From Octopus vulgaris (taxonomy: Eukaryota): a stretch of 64,000 bases of DNA. The notes under the pieces were generated by a model. The model searched no databases. It was not told the DNA's origin and was given only the letters and a program-made list of their open reading frames with translations. The position numbers were made by a program, and so were the translations under genes. This document shows positions 11,286 through 28,390 of this stretch, piece after piece (position 1 is the first letter of the stretch; every line of letters starts with the position of its first letter). Location of the stretch: assembly GCA_951406725.2 (NCBI GenBank), contig OX597819.1, positions 74,028,001-74,092,000 on the forward strand. Reading direction: 5' to 3'.

Positions 11286-12220
11286 GTTGTTTGTGTTTTT
11301 GATTTTGTTCAATGAGTGGATTACAACTTCGTTACAGACATCCATATTATATTTACTACTTGTTCCATAAATCACATGAATAGATGTGTTTTATTTTATG
11401 AATTATTTCTTTTTATATTTCATGTTACAGTCATTTCTTTATCTTTATTATATATTTTATATACATTATATTACAATGTATTTCACCAGTAGGACATTTT
11501 TTTCTTCCCGTCTTCATAAAATAAGTACCATTTACGTAATGGGGTCGTCGAAATCCATTACACCTACCCCGAAATTGCTGGCCCATAGCCAAGTTGGAAA
11601 CTATCAATTCTTGTATCGAACCTGGGCCAGAGGGAATCGTTTCCTCTTTTGAATAAAGCAACTGAGAGGAAAATACGAAGATGATACAAACCTAGAAACA
11701 CCTTTCTTCTCTTTTTCGTTCTTCCAATGTTATGACGAGATTATGTCCTACGGCCCTCACTAGAGAAAATGCAGCAGGAGAAAATATTCCGGGACTCGTG
11801 CAATCCTCATCGAAGCTCATCGAAATACCACAATATTTTTGTCAATATTAGATCAATAATGATCACTGTTATTGAATAATCTTTTAGGAGAATCTCATAT
11901 TTTCTATAAGAAAATGTCTCCTTCAAACATCAGAAAGTTAGTTGGAAAAGTCGTCCTTTTTCTGCTCAGTGGTGGCCATGGTTAGAGCGTAGTGCCTGTG
12001 AAACATAGCGTTCCAATCAAGCCGTGACATAATAGTCTTGATGCGATCAGAAATACGAGAGCTGCGTGTCTCGTTCTCATTTCTTGCTGTGGTGTTTCAC
12101 TGAGTGCAGCCATGTCAGAGACGCACAGCTTTACTCGTAACTATGTATATTATTATTCAGTCTATTTCAAGATTTCTTGCCAATATAGAAAGAACAAGTT
12201 TCTAACCTAGCTACACACAC

Positions 12221-12318
<98 letters not shown>

Positions 12319-12348
12319 TGTATGTTTGTATGTATGTATGTATATATA

Positions 12349-12435
12349 GGCTCTGGCCTGGCTGTGGTAAGAAGATTTCTTTCGATCTACACGCTTGCAG
12401 GTTCCGTCCCACTGTGTGGCTCCCGTGTGAGTGGA
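12349..12435 (+). mobile_element. Degenerate tRNA-like SINE head (also ~27963, ~46499)
   Basis: tggctgtggtaagaag...ggttc.gtcccactgtgtggc A/B-box pattern. Confidence 0.45.
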
Positions 12436-12483
12436 TTTGGTAGATGGAAATTGAAAGAAACACGTCGTATATATATATATATG

Positions 12484-12537
<54 letters not shown>

Positions 12538-12572
12538 GATATACAAAGAGTGAGAGAGAAGGAGAGAGAGAA

Positions 12573-12623
<51 letters not shown>

Positions 12624-12667
12624 AAGAGAGAGAGAGAAAGAGAGAGAGACAAGCAGAGATGTATGTA

Positions 12668-14267
12668 CAATGGCGAAAATTAATTTAAGACCGATGATAA
12701 AAGTTCTATTTCTTATAAAATATTTTGTTACTGACACCATACAAATCCTTTTCATCTGTTACACCTCATGCAGAATGTATTTCTCTTCCGAATGATGCAG
12801 GCAATAACTATGTTTATACAACTTGAATAATTCTAATGCTAAATTCATAGAATCGTTTCAAATTTACCGGCAAAATTAGTTTAAGACCACGTAATATGTA
12901 TGCAAAGATTTTTGCCAAAATGGGTGGTCACACAACTAGCCTAACTGGACGATATAGTGTTATAATTTAACGTTATTATACAATTGATTAATAAGGGGGG
13001 AAACAACGTCACCTCAGTCCAGTCACGAGAGCAAAAATCGTAGTACTTCACCAGCAAGCAACTAAAGTGCAGTAAAACGGCTTGCGTGAAAGCGTGGATG
13101 TTATACTCGGAGACTGGTCAATATAAAGATCGGCAAAGACTGGTGCCCCAAGAAAAACATCGGCACAGTTGGAACGTCGAATCCACCGACTTCGGAAGGC
13201 AACCGACAGCCGTTGATAGTTGTAAACAATTGTCCATCGAGAATTGTGTTATTTTTGCACTACCAAACCGTCCGCAACCTTTTGAGAGAAATTGGACTAC
13301 ATGGATGAATCGCTAGGAAAAAGCCAATAATATCCGAAAGAAATCGACTCAAACGCCTTAATTTCGCAAAAAGCCATGCTCAATGAACTGCCGTAGATTG
13401 GTGCAGGTTCCCTTTGAGTGAAGAGTCACGCTTCTGTATATTTGGATCAGATGGTAAAACATACGTCAGACATTGCCCAACCGAGGAATTCCATCCCAAA
13501 TACGTGAAAAAGCGGCGCAAGCGGTGGGTGGGGATGGGTTTGTGATGGTGAGGGCGGCATTTAGTAGTTTTGGTGTTGGCCCTCTAGTTAAAGTTGATGG
13601 AAAGCTAAATAGTGTAGGTTATATGAATCTACCATAGGATAATGATGTGCCATATTTGACTCACCAAATGCCTTCGGGGCTATTTATCAGAAGGACAATA
13701 TTCCTGTGCACATAGCCCCCAAGTTATGGAATTTTTTTATCACCATAATATTGACGTAATCGAATGGCTTCCCCAGAGCCCGGACCTGAATCCGATCGAC
13801 AACCTGTGGAATTATGTTTCCCAAATGTCTATGCTAATAAACCATCTAATCTAAAACAATTATTCGATTGGCAAAATATTTCCATACAATTTTGTTTTCA
13901 CTTAGCGAATTCAATGCCGAGACGTTGTTCAGCCGTTATTAAGAATAAAGGCTACGGCACAAAGTACTAATCTGTATTTCGTTCTTGTTGCTCAGTTTTG
14001 CTACAATCTTAAGCTTTAAATAAAATTATAATGATATGGTTTTAAACTAATTTTGCCGGTAAATTTGAAACGGTTATATTAATTTAGCATTAGAATTCAT
14101 CAAGTTGTATAAAAATAGTTATTGTCTGCATCATTCGAAAGAGAAATAAATTCTGCATAAGGTGTAAGATAAGATAAAGATAAAGATAATTTGTATGGTG
14201 TTAGTAACAAAATATTTTGTAAGAAATAGAAATTTTAACAACGGTCTTGCATTTATTTTCGCCAGTG
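12668..14267 (+). mobile_element. Decayed Tc1-family (IR/DR-type) DNA transposon
   Basis: TA|CAATGGCGAAAAT...ATTTTCGCCAGTG|TA; ~220-bp TIRs with internal direct repeats (aaaattaRtttaagacc). Transposase relics SxESRF, KDN, W..QSPDLNPI, NSMPRRC..VIKNKGYGTKY, with frameshifts and stops. Confidence 0.9.
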
Positions 14268-14473
14268 TATGTATGTATGAATGTTTGTGTCGCCCCACCC
14301 CAGCATTGCTTGAGACCCGATGCTGGTGCGGTTTCGTCCCCGTACACTAGCGGTTCGGCAAAGTAGTCCGATAGAAAACGTATTTGATTTGCAAAGAATA
14401 AGTCTTGGGGTCGATTTGTTCTGCTAATGGCGAAATAATAAATGAAGTAAGTAAAAGACAAAGAGGAAAAGCA

Positions 14474-14873
14474 TCTCTCTATATATAAACGGCAGTTTGT
14501 CTGTCTGTGTGTCTGTCAGGTTGTACCCTCACCCTGACCACGGCTTTCAACCGATTCTGATGAAACTTGACACACACATAGCCCAATGCCATAATTCAAA
14601 ACTAACACAGCGAAAATTTTGAAAAGTTCCCCCAGTTTTGAAAAAATTCGATAAATTCGACATGGGGTCGAGAATCTAAGCTTTTTATATGCAACACATT
14701 TTCTGTCGGGAGACAGCTAGGAACATCGTATACATAGAAGTGATCGAGTGAAGAGAAGACGTTGCAACCTACACATGCACCTTCGTTCCCTAGAGGGAAA
14801 GAACTAGATTGGAATTAGTCGTTGCCTACTAGGGGCTCTTACATACCTGGGCAAAGCCGGGCTATGCTGCTAG
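14474..14873 (+). mobile_element. Non-autonomous Helitron (400 bp)
   Basis: gcA|TCtctctata...cctgggcaaagccggg hairpin...CTAG|Tatatt, no TSD. Precise empty site gca|tatatt at ~48272. Confidence 0.8.
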
Positions 14874-14931
14874 TATATTATATTAATAAATTTGTGTGTG
14901 TGCATGTGTATGTGTGTGTGTATGTGTGAGT

Positions 14932-15315
14932 GGAGGTGCAATGGCCCAGTGGTTAGGGCAGCGGACTCGCGGTCGTAGGAACGCGGTTTCCATTCCCAGA
15001 CCGGGCGTTGTGAGTGTTTATTGAGCGAAAACACCTAAAGCTCCATGAGGCTCCGGCAGGGATGGCGGTCATCCCTGCTGTACTCTTTCACCACAACTTT
15101 CTCTCACTCTTACTTCCTGTTTCTGTTGTACCTGTATTTCAAAGGGCCGGCCTTGTCACTCTCTGGGTCACGCTGAATATCCCCGAGAACTACGTTAAGG
15201 GTACACGTGTCTGTGGAATGCTCAGCCACTTACACGTTAATTTCACGGGCAGGCTGTTCCGTTGATCGGATCAACCGGAACCCTCGTCGTCGTAACTGAC
15301 GGAGTGCTTCCATCC
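14932..15315 (+). mobile_element. Full-length tRNA-derived SINE with target-site duplication
   Basis: A-box TGGCCCAGTGG, B-box-like GGTTTCCATTCC, flanked by GTATGTGTGAGT on both sides. Absent at the equivalent site ~30250. Confidence 0.8.
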
Positions 15316-15834
15316 GTATGTGTGAGTGTGTGTTTGTGTGTGTGTGTCTGTGTCTGTGTGTATGAGAGAGAGAGAAAGAGGGAGGGAGAGAAAGCATTTA
15401 CTATGAGAAAAGTACAACATTAAAATAGAAATATCTTTTAACAGCGAACTCGTTAGTAGGAGTGAGAAAGAGAGAAGAAAGAAAACAAATGGAAAACGAA
15501 TCGGCCTTACTTCTGAAAATGTATACCCTACGCCAAATAGTGCGACTCTATTCAGAATGGGCAAAGCCCATCACATCGGGCTTTACAACATGATAATCTT
15601 TGGTGCCATTTCACAAATATTTCTTGAAGACAAACAATTTTTACATGTCAGAGAATATCTGCTCTGTAAACTTCGGATGTTGCTCCCCACGCGTTGTCAA
15701 AACAGCAAGAGGAAATAAACAACTTTATCGATACGACGATTCCATACAAATTTCGCTCTTTAGACTTCTATAGCTCATCTTAGCGAATTCATCCTAGAAA
15801 TATATGTGTACTTATCAATTAATTTGTCCATATT

Positions 15835-17408
15835 TTCTTTTGTTCATTATTGTTTTTTTAAGCAAAGTTAATTTTGGACAATATATTTTTAGAAAATACT
15901 TCTCAATTTTTAAAAAATATTTTGGATCGTCTCTTAAGCAAAGACAAACAGGATAAAAATAAACTTGTTATCACAAATTAGTTAATTTTCACCAAGTGGG
16001 ATTTCCCTTTGCTCGGAATAACGTGTGTGTATGTTCACTCTTTCATCCAAGGAGATTCCGGTTTAACCAATGTAGTTTCCTTAAGATTGACCAGATTATG
16101 TAACATAAGAGATTTCTTGTTTCGCAATTAATATCCGTCTTTATCCCTCGGATATTTCTAACTGGTTGTAACTTTGCCTAATTCATATTCCGCATCAGCT
16201 ATCTCCACAAGTTTTTACAGAAAATTCGGGGTTGGGGTGGGTAAGTGAATTAATCTTTGCCAGATATTACTTGAGGGTTTTTGATTGACGCATGGTGTTG
16301 ATGGTTGGGCTTTTGAAGACCAAGTCCTTTACGTTTGTGCTTCGAAGAAAGGATTGAGAGAGTCACATTGGTGAATGCCTCTATGTTTGCCATTCCTGAG
16401 TCACAACTGTTGAGTTGTACCTGCAATTCAGAAGGGGTCAGCCTTATCACATTCTTTATCATATTGAACCTCTTTCAGAATTACGTTAAGTGTACGCGTG
16501 TCTGTGGAGTACTCGGCCGCTTGCACGTTAATTTCATGAGCATTCTGTTCGTTTGATTGTATCATCTGGAAAACTCGTCGTCATAACCGACGGAGAACTA
16601 GGTCGCTTGCAATAAGGATTTCTATAATCTAGTCGTAGGTTTCTGTTCGTGCCATATTCTTATATTGATGCTGTTTCTTCTGTTTCGCCTCCCCTCCCTC
16701 CTCTTCTACCTCTTCCTCCTTTTTCTCCTCCACCACCACCACCACAACCTCCTCCCCTTTTTCCTCCTCCTCCTCCTCCTCCTCCTCCTCCGCCTAAGTA
16801 CCTTTCTCCATTTGTGACTGTCGGTATTGTTGGTTGTAAATTATTTTCAATAGTTTCTGTATTCGTTCTTTGGGATATTAGACACTTGATTTCTGAACGT
16901 ATGTGAGTTGTGATGGAGGGAGTTATATGATGTTTGAGTGATTGGTTTCTTTATTTCGTTCTGGTGGTGGTGGTGGTGGTGGTAGTGGTGGTGGTGGTGT
17001 TGGTAGTTGCGGCGGTTGTGATGGTGTTGGTTGTAGTGAAGATGATGATGGAGATGATATATATGATGGTTACAATGATAATGACGACGACTTTGTCGAC
17101 GGCGATAGTAACAACGATTTGTAACATGAAACTGTAACTCACTATTCCCCGCTCAGTTCTTTCCCGTTAAGCGAAAGTAACCTACTAGCAATTGGACTGT
17201 GACCTATATACTGTGATAAAAATAGTTCATTCATAAAAGCTTTCCTCTTCCCGTAAACCTAAATCTCCTGACACATTGAAGGTAAAATATTAGCACAAGC
17301 TTCAACTTCCGCCAGAATTGAAAGCGAGCAATTTTCGCAAACTAAATTGAAACAATAGATAAAGGAAGATGATTTCTTCCAGCTTCATGAAGGCCATCAC
17401 ATAGAATG
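15835..17408 (+). other. Orphan copy of the upstream/promoter region with no gene (second copy ~49215-50781)
   Basis: Reverse complement of ~4770-6270. It breaks off at catcacatagaatg, immediately before the kB site and TATA. Confidence 0.7.
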
Positions 17409-17615
17409 TGATTGTGATTGTACGATACTCTGTTTAGTATCGTACAATGTTCATTATCCGGCAATGTTCCACATCAATGTTTATGATATCATGCTATTCA
17501 TTATCTAGAAGTATTCATTGTATATTCGACATCATATATTCGACATCAAATTCCCACACTTACATATCACAGCACGTTCTCTCAAACTCCCTCGTATTTC
17601 TAATCAGTTATTCAT

Positions 17616-17674
<59 letters not shown>

Positions 17675-18198
17675 TACACACACACACACATACATACATA
17701 CATACATCTAGGTTAGAAACCAGTTCTTTCTCTATTGGCAAGAAATGCTATGTTTGACACGCTATGTTTGACAGGCACTACTCTCTAACCATGGCCACCT
17801 CTGAGCAGAAAAAGGACAACTTTTCCAACTAACTATCCGATGTATTGAAGGAGACATTTTCTTATAGAAAATATAAGATTCTTCTAAAAGATTATTCAAT
17901 GCAAGTGTGGCGATATAACAATGATCATAATTGATCTAATATTGACAAAAATTTTGTGGTATTTCTATAAGCTTCGAGTAAAAATGCTCGAGTCCCGGGA
18001 TATTTTCTCCTGCTGCATTTTCTCTAGTGAGGGCCGTAGGACATAATCTCGTCATAACATTGGAAGAACAAACAAGAGAAGAAAGGCTTTTCTAGGTTTG
18101 CATCATCTTTGTATTTTCCTCTCAGTTGCTTTATTCAAAAGACAAAACGATTCCCTCTGGCACAAGTTGGATGCAAGAATTGATAGTTTCCAACTTTG

Positions 18199-18884
18199 GA
18201 TATGGGCCAGCAATTTCGGGGGAGGTGTAATGGATTTCGACGACCCCATTACGTAAATGGTACTTATTTATGATGACAGGAAGACTGAATATCCTACAGG
18301 TGAGATACATTGTAATATAATGTATATAAAATATATATTACAGATAAAGAAATGACTGTAACATAAAATATAAAATGAAATTATAAAATAAATCACAACA
18401 ATAGTTGTACACATATATTTCTAGGATGAATTCGCTAAGATGAGCTATAGAAGTCTAAAGAGCGAAATTTGTATGGAATCGTCGTATCGATAAAGTTGTT
18501 TATTTCCTCTCGCTCTCTTGACAACGCGTGGAGAGCAACATCCGAAGTTTACAGAGCAGATATTCTCTGACATGTAAAAATTGTTTGTCTTCAAGAAATA
18601 TTTGTGAAATGGCTCCAAAGATTATCATGTTGTAAAGCCCGACGTGATGGGCTTTGCCCATTCTGAATACAGTCACACTATTGTTGTGATTTATTTTATA
18701 ATTTCTTTTTATATTTTATGTTACAGTCATTTCTTTATCTTTAATATATATTTTATATACATTATATTACGATGTATCTCACCTGTAGGATATTCAGTCT
18801 TCCTGTCATCATAAAATAAGTACCATTTACGTAATGGGGTCGTCGAAATCCATTACACCTCCCCCGAAATTGCTGGCCCATATC
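18199..18884. repeat. ~207-bp inverted repeat enclosing a 271-bp templated insert (second copy 51590-52274)
   Basis: Arms 18199-18405 and 18677-18884. The spacer is the reverse complement of ~15541-15811. Confidence 0.8.
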
Positions 18885-19578
18885 AAGAAATAATGGAACA
18901 AGCAGTAAATATAAGATGGATGTCTGTAACGAAGTTGTAATCCACTCATTGAACAAAATCAAAAACACAAACAACAGAATATAAAATAAAATATTAACAC
19001 TTTAATGTTTCCATACAAAAATATAATTCTCATTTATATAATAAATAATAGAAATGATGTTGGCGTATATGTGTGTGTGTGTGTGTGTGTGAGTATGCAG
19101 AGAAGTCTTCCTAGTATAATGCATAGGAATATGGTGTATATATTATAACGAAGATTAAAAAAATAGGAAATGGAATCGGAAAATAAAAAAATAAAAAATG
19201 AATTAAATAACGTAGGTATAGTTATGTATATATGAAGATATATATATATATAAATATAGCTATGTATATATGAAAAATATATATAGATTGATCCGTCACA
19301 GTTTCATTGTTTTAATTCCAATAACATCGATGTAACACGATATTAAATAGAAATATTTATTTCATAAAGGAGAAATATATATTGTTTACGATTATAAACG
19401 TGATAAGAAAATATAAGAAAAAAATTTATGGAAATATTGGTATTTAACGATTAATATAATCGTCGATATGATTATTAAGTGGTGAAGCTAAAACACTTCT
19501 ACATAATTGAAACGATACACTTGTATCTGATTTTTCTCTAACTGAGATTGGTTCCAGAAGTATTATAACGGGAATTAA

Positions 19579-19872
19579 TTACATAAAGGATTGTAGAGTA
19601 TTTTGAATGTGGTTTATATTTTCATGAAGTGTATGGAGTGTAATTATGGTAAACCATCGCTGCTTGGTTATTGGCACATCATCCGGTAGCAAAAGACTGT
19701 CATCCACTTCGACATTTTGTTTGATGTTTGAAAATATCTGAAATATATGAAAAGAACATTGTAAATAAGAGATACACATTAATTGATATTAATACACACA
19801 CGCATACAAACACACACACACGATACACGTGCAATGAAACCTACCGGGGCACACAGTCCACACCCTATAAAG

Positions 19873-19916
<44 letters not shown>

Positions 19917-21330
19917 ATATATATATTTATTTATCCATAGTTCACCCAACGTGGATGAGATCTAAACATGGTCAATGTAGCTATTTCTCTCTACATTCAA
20001 TACTATAGAGACATTTATACACACATATTATATATCACATTTACTAATACTAATAATATACGCACATATGTTATATATGAATTTACTACTAATAATAATA
20101 TAGACACATATGCACACACACGTATGTATATATTACGTATAATATTTTGATAGACTAAGTAATATTATTAAATTATAACGGTTCAAAATTATTCTAATTG
20201 TAGTAATTCCGTCAAATAATTAGACATTCTACGAAGATTACACATATTCGCATTGTTGTCTACATCATATAAATGAGGAAAGTGTGCAGAACGTAAGCTG
20301 ATTATCGTCTGCACGAAGTATTTTACGACAGAAATCTTAGAAACCCTGAAGATGAAACACAAGAATACTTTGAAAGAATGCTTCGAAATGAGTATATATT
20401 ACTCCGAGGGAATCTAAAGAATAGCACTTTTGGACTTTTGACAACAGTTTCTGTAAATAAACTGACTATATCTTCTCGGATCAGTTCTATGAGATATATA
20501 TTTAATATATTCCGATAAACATGAGGATATTTTGGTGCTGTTTTATTGAACAAGGCATTTATCTACATTAATTTTTCGCGAGGAAATGAAAGAGAAATCG
20601 CGTGAATATTCATCTAGGAAAATATATTACGAGAATAATACTTACCGGTGAATCCAGAAAAAGTATCGTATCAACCAGGTAAGAAAGTGTTTGTTTTAAG
20701 TAACAATAAAATATGGCATCAGATGTGGGAGTGAGTTTAGAACAGGCAGCGGGATAATGACACTCTGTCTGTATACGTTTGGCAGGGGCACACAGCTGGT
20801 CATATTCTTTTTCCGTCTGATTCTTCAACACAGTAACATATTGACTGAGGGTTGCAGACATATTGGATAGAGCAATCTGTAATAAAGAATTGTGAGAAGC
20901 TTGAAATTGATTCGACACTAATTGAGATTTCTTATAAAATATAGAATCGAGTTTAGATAAAAAGTGTATAAATATTTCAAGAAAATGTGTCTGATAATAT
21001 GTCCATACCTTGACTAAGTCTGTTTGCGCGATGGTAATATTGTCTTGAATGTTGAGCTGAGGGAATGTAAGTTCCGTCTGGTTGGGTAGCATATGAATAA
21101 ACTGACGACAGGATACCGCAGAAGCCATTGGAGTGTTGTGGCACTGTAGAAAAACACGTGACATATTATGAGTCTGAGATTTGGACATAGGATTAGAAAA
21201 CAAGTGAGTAGAAGTCCGTTTACACTGAACTAATAGTTATAAATATTGATCTTTATGAGAACTTTATTAATTATTATGTGGGTAGTATTTTAAGTAATAT
21301 ATTATTGGAGTGGTATAAGAAGTTGTAATA

Positions 21331-21365
<35 letters not shown>

Positions 21366-21585
21366 AACAATATCAAGTATAACAATAATAATAACAATAA
21401 TATATGAATGAATATATGTAAACTTACAAAAGAGTGCAAAGTAGTGTTCACGGCTATTGAGGCCCTACGAGCCGCCTCCAGCTGAGCTTTTATGTTATTT
21501 ATTGGTATCGCTGTCGGTTTTATAGACGCTCCATGGATGAATGAAATCCAGACTGAGAGACATAGGACCAATATATATTGCCAGT
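19579..21585 (-). pseudogene. Gene C: exons 2-4 intact, exon 1 (ATG) and promoter deleted
   Basis: Exons 21585-21428, 21143-20646, 19737-19579 are open. Intron 1 joins directly to the 5'UTR of gene D at 22974-22978, so there is no ATGAATAACT exon, TATA or kB site (compare the G/H pair). Confidence 0.75.
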
Positions 21586-22304
21586 CTACGGGAAAATGGA
21601 AAAAAATACCATTAAGGAACATTTGGAAGGAAAGGGAGACATTGAAGGAATTGTTATTATTAAAAAGAAATAAGTCGTTAAGTCGCTGTTAGTTTTTCAC
21701 GTGTAGTAAACAATGAGCTGAACATTTTGGAACTCAATAAACGATATTCACAAATATTTAACATAGTTCCACTAAATATAAACCATAATTTCTTGTGTAG
21801 TGTGTCAATGTGTCTATATAATTAATAGTAGTAAATTCGTATGTAAGATGTGTGTGTATATTGTTAGTATTAGTAAATGTGATATATAATATGTGCGTTT
21901 AAAACCACTTATATTAAAGCCACTTACATTGATAGATAGAATGATAGATAGATAGCTAGATGGATAGATAGATAGAAAGAATTGGATAGATAGATATATA
22001 GATAGAGAAAGAGAGAGAGATAATTGCATACATTGACGGGGACATACCTATATTTACATATTTCTGTGCGCGTGTATATGTGTGTATATGTGTGTGGGCG
22101 GTGTCATTGTCGCTCTCTCTTGAGTACCGCTTGATGGCCAATGCTTGTGTGTATATATACAGGAAAAGTAACTCTTCGGTAAAAAGTTACCAACAGAATA
22201 AGTACATGGCTTTAGAAATAAGTCCTCGGCTGGTAAATTCGACCTAAACAGTTGTGTCACAGCATGGCCGCAAACCAGCGGACTCAAACAAGTAATAGAC
22301 AGTT

Positions 22305-22338
<34 letters not shown>

Positions 22339-22436
22339 TGTATGTATGTATGTATGTATGTATGTATGTATATGTATATATATAGGTATGTATGTATATA
22401 TATCTATATATATGTATGTATATGTGTGTATGTATG

Positions 22437-22499
<63 letters not shown>

Positions 22500-23042
22500 G
22501 TGGAAAGATTCGATGTTTGTATGTGTTAATAATTACTTCCTCATGACAATATAACCTTTAATCTATTCAAGGTATCCTTCGCCTGAATATTACACGGCCG
22601 TATACACCTCATTTGGATTTACCACTTTTGAGGTTTCATTCGCCATGAAACACATGTAGCCCGAATTATTCTTTTCCATTCTGTAACTCTTATATTCTTT
22701 TTCGCAAACTCGACAAACCTTGTCGCCTACCGTAGAATATAAAAAGAACTTTTTTTTTCGTATCATTCTTCGATAAAAAAAAATTAAATAATCCCCAATC
22801 TTCCGCCTGAATACACCCAAATTTCTTCCGAAAGGTGTTTTTTCTTAATATTTACTACGAATTGCCTGAAATTAACTGTCTTCATACACATCGATCCCTG
22901 GATCTTACATTTGTGTATGTGTGTGTATTCCTATAAATGTTTGTGCGTATGTATGTATGTGTTTATGTAAGTATGTAACAAGCAAAGGAACTACAACATG
23001 ACGTTCTCTCAAAACATTTTTCACAACGAAAAATCACACAAA

Positions 23043-25625
<2,583 letters not shown>

Positions 25626-27299
25626 TTAATTCCCGTTATAATACTTCTGGAACCAATCTCAGTTAGAGAAAAATTATGTAGAAGTGTTTTAGCTTCACCA
25701 CTTAATAATCATATCGACGATTATATTAATCGTTAAATACCAATATTTCCATTAATTTTTATCTTATATTTTCTTATCACGTTTATAATCGTAAACAATA
25801 TATATTTCTCTTTTATGAAATCAATATTTCTATTTAATATCGTGTTACATCGATGTTATTGGTATTACACCAATGGGACTGTGACGGATCAATCTATATA
25901 TATTTTCCATATATACGTACCTATATTTATCTATATATATATTCATATATACATACCTATACCTACCTTATTCAATTCATTTTTAATTTTTTTATTTTCC
26001 GATTTTATTTCCTATTTTTTTAATCTTCATTATAATATATACACCATATTCCTATGCATTATACTAGTAAGACTTCCCTGCATACTCACACACACACACA
26101 TGTACGACAACATCATTTATTATATAAATGAGAATTATATTTTTGTATGGAAACAATAAAGTGTTAATATTTTATTTTATATTCAGTTGTTTGTGTTTTT
26201 GATTTTGTTCAATGAGTGGATTACAACTTCATTACAGACATCCATATTATATTTACTACTTGTTCCATTATGTCTTTTTATATTTCATGTTACAGTCATT
26301 TCTTTCTCTTCAATATATATTTTATATATATTATATTACAATGTATCTCACCAATAGGACATTTTTTTTCTTCCCGTCATCATAAAATAAGTACCATTTA
26401 CGTAATGGGGTCGACGAAATCCATTACACCTACCCCGAAATTGCTGGCCTTGAGTCAAAGTTGGAAACTATCAATTCTTGCATCGAACCTGTACCAGAGG
26501 GAATCGTTTCCTCTTTTGAATAAAACAACTGAAAGGAAAATACGAAGATGATGCAAACCTAGAAAAGTCTTTCTTCTTTTTTTCGTTCTTCCAATGTTAT
26601 GACGAGATTATGTCCTGAATGGAGAAAATGCAGCAGGAGAAAATACCACAATATTTTTGTCGATATTACATCAATAATGATCACTGTTATATCGCCACAC
26701 TTGTATTGAGTAATCTGTTAGAAGAATCTCATATTTCCTATAAGAAAATGTCTCCTTCAAACATCAGAAAGTTAGTTGGAAAAGTCGTCCTTTTTCTGCT
26801 CAGAGGTGGCCATGTTTAGAGCTTACTACCTGTCAATCATAGCGTGTTCCAATCAAGCCGTGACATAATAGTCATGATGCGATCAGAAATACGAGAGCTG
26901 CGTGTCTCGTTCTCATTTCTTGCAGAAACATGTCTGTCCAGAATCTTAAGTGTCCAGCTTTCCATTCGTCTAACTGTGGTGATTCACGGAGTGCAGCCAT
27001 GTCAGAGTCGCACAGCTTTACTCGTAGTCTTTTATGTATGTACGTTGTTATTCAGTCCATTTCAAGATTCCTTGCCAATAGAGAAAGAACAGGTTTCTAA
27101 CCTAGATCTAAGGTTCCTAAGTTGGAATTTCAACATCAACAAGAGGGTAGTTTTGTATGTATGTATGTATGCATGTATGCATGCCTGTATGTATGTATAT
27201 ACATATGTGCAGATTTGTATGTTTTATGTATGTATTCTTATGCAGATAGTTGCATAACTTGATATGCACGTATATATTTAAATGATAATCTTCTGGAAA

Positions 27300-28372
<1,073 letters not shown>

Positions 28373-28390
28373 CAAACAGAGATGTATGTA

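Noticed and set aside
14932-15005. tRNA gene
   Set aside because: tRNA-like head of a SINE: it continues into a 300-bp body with a TSD and has no intact cloverleaf.
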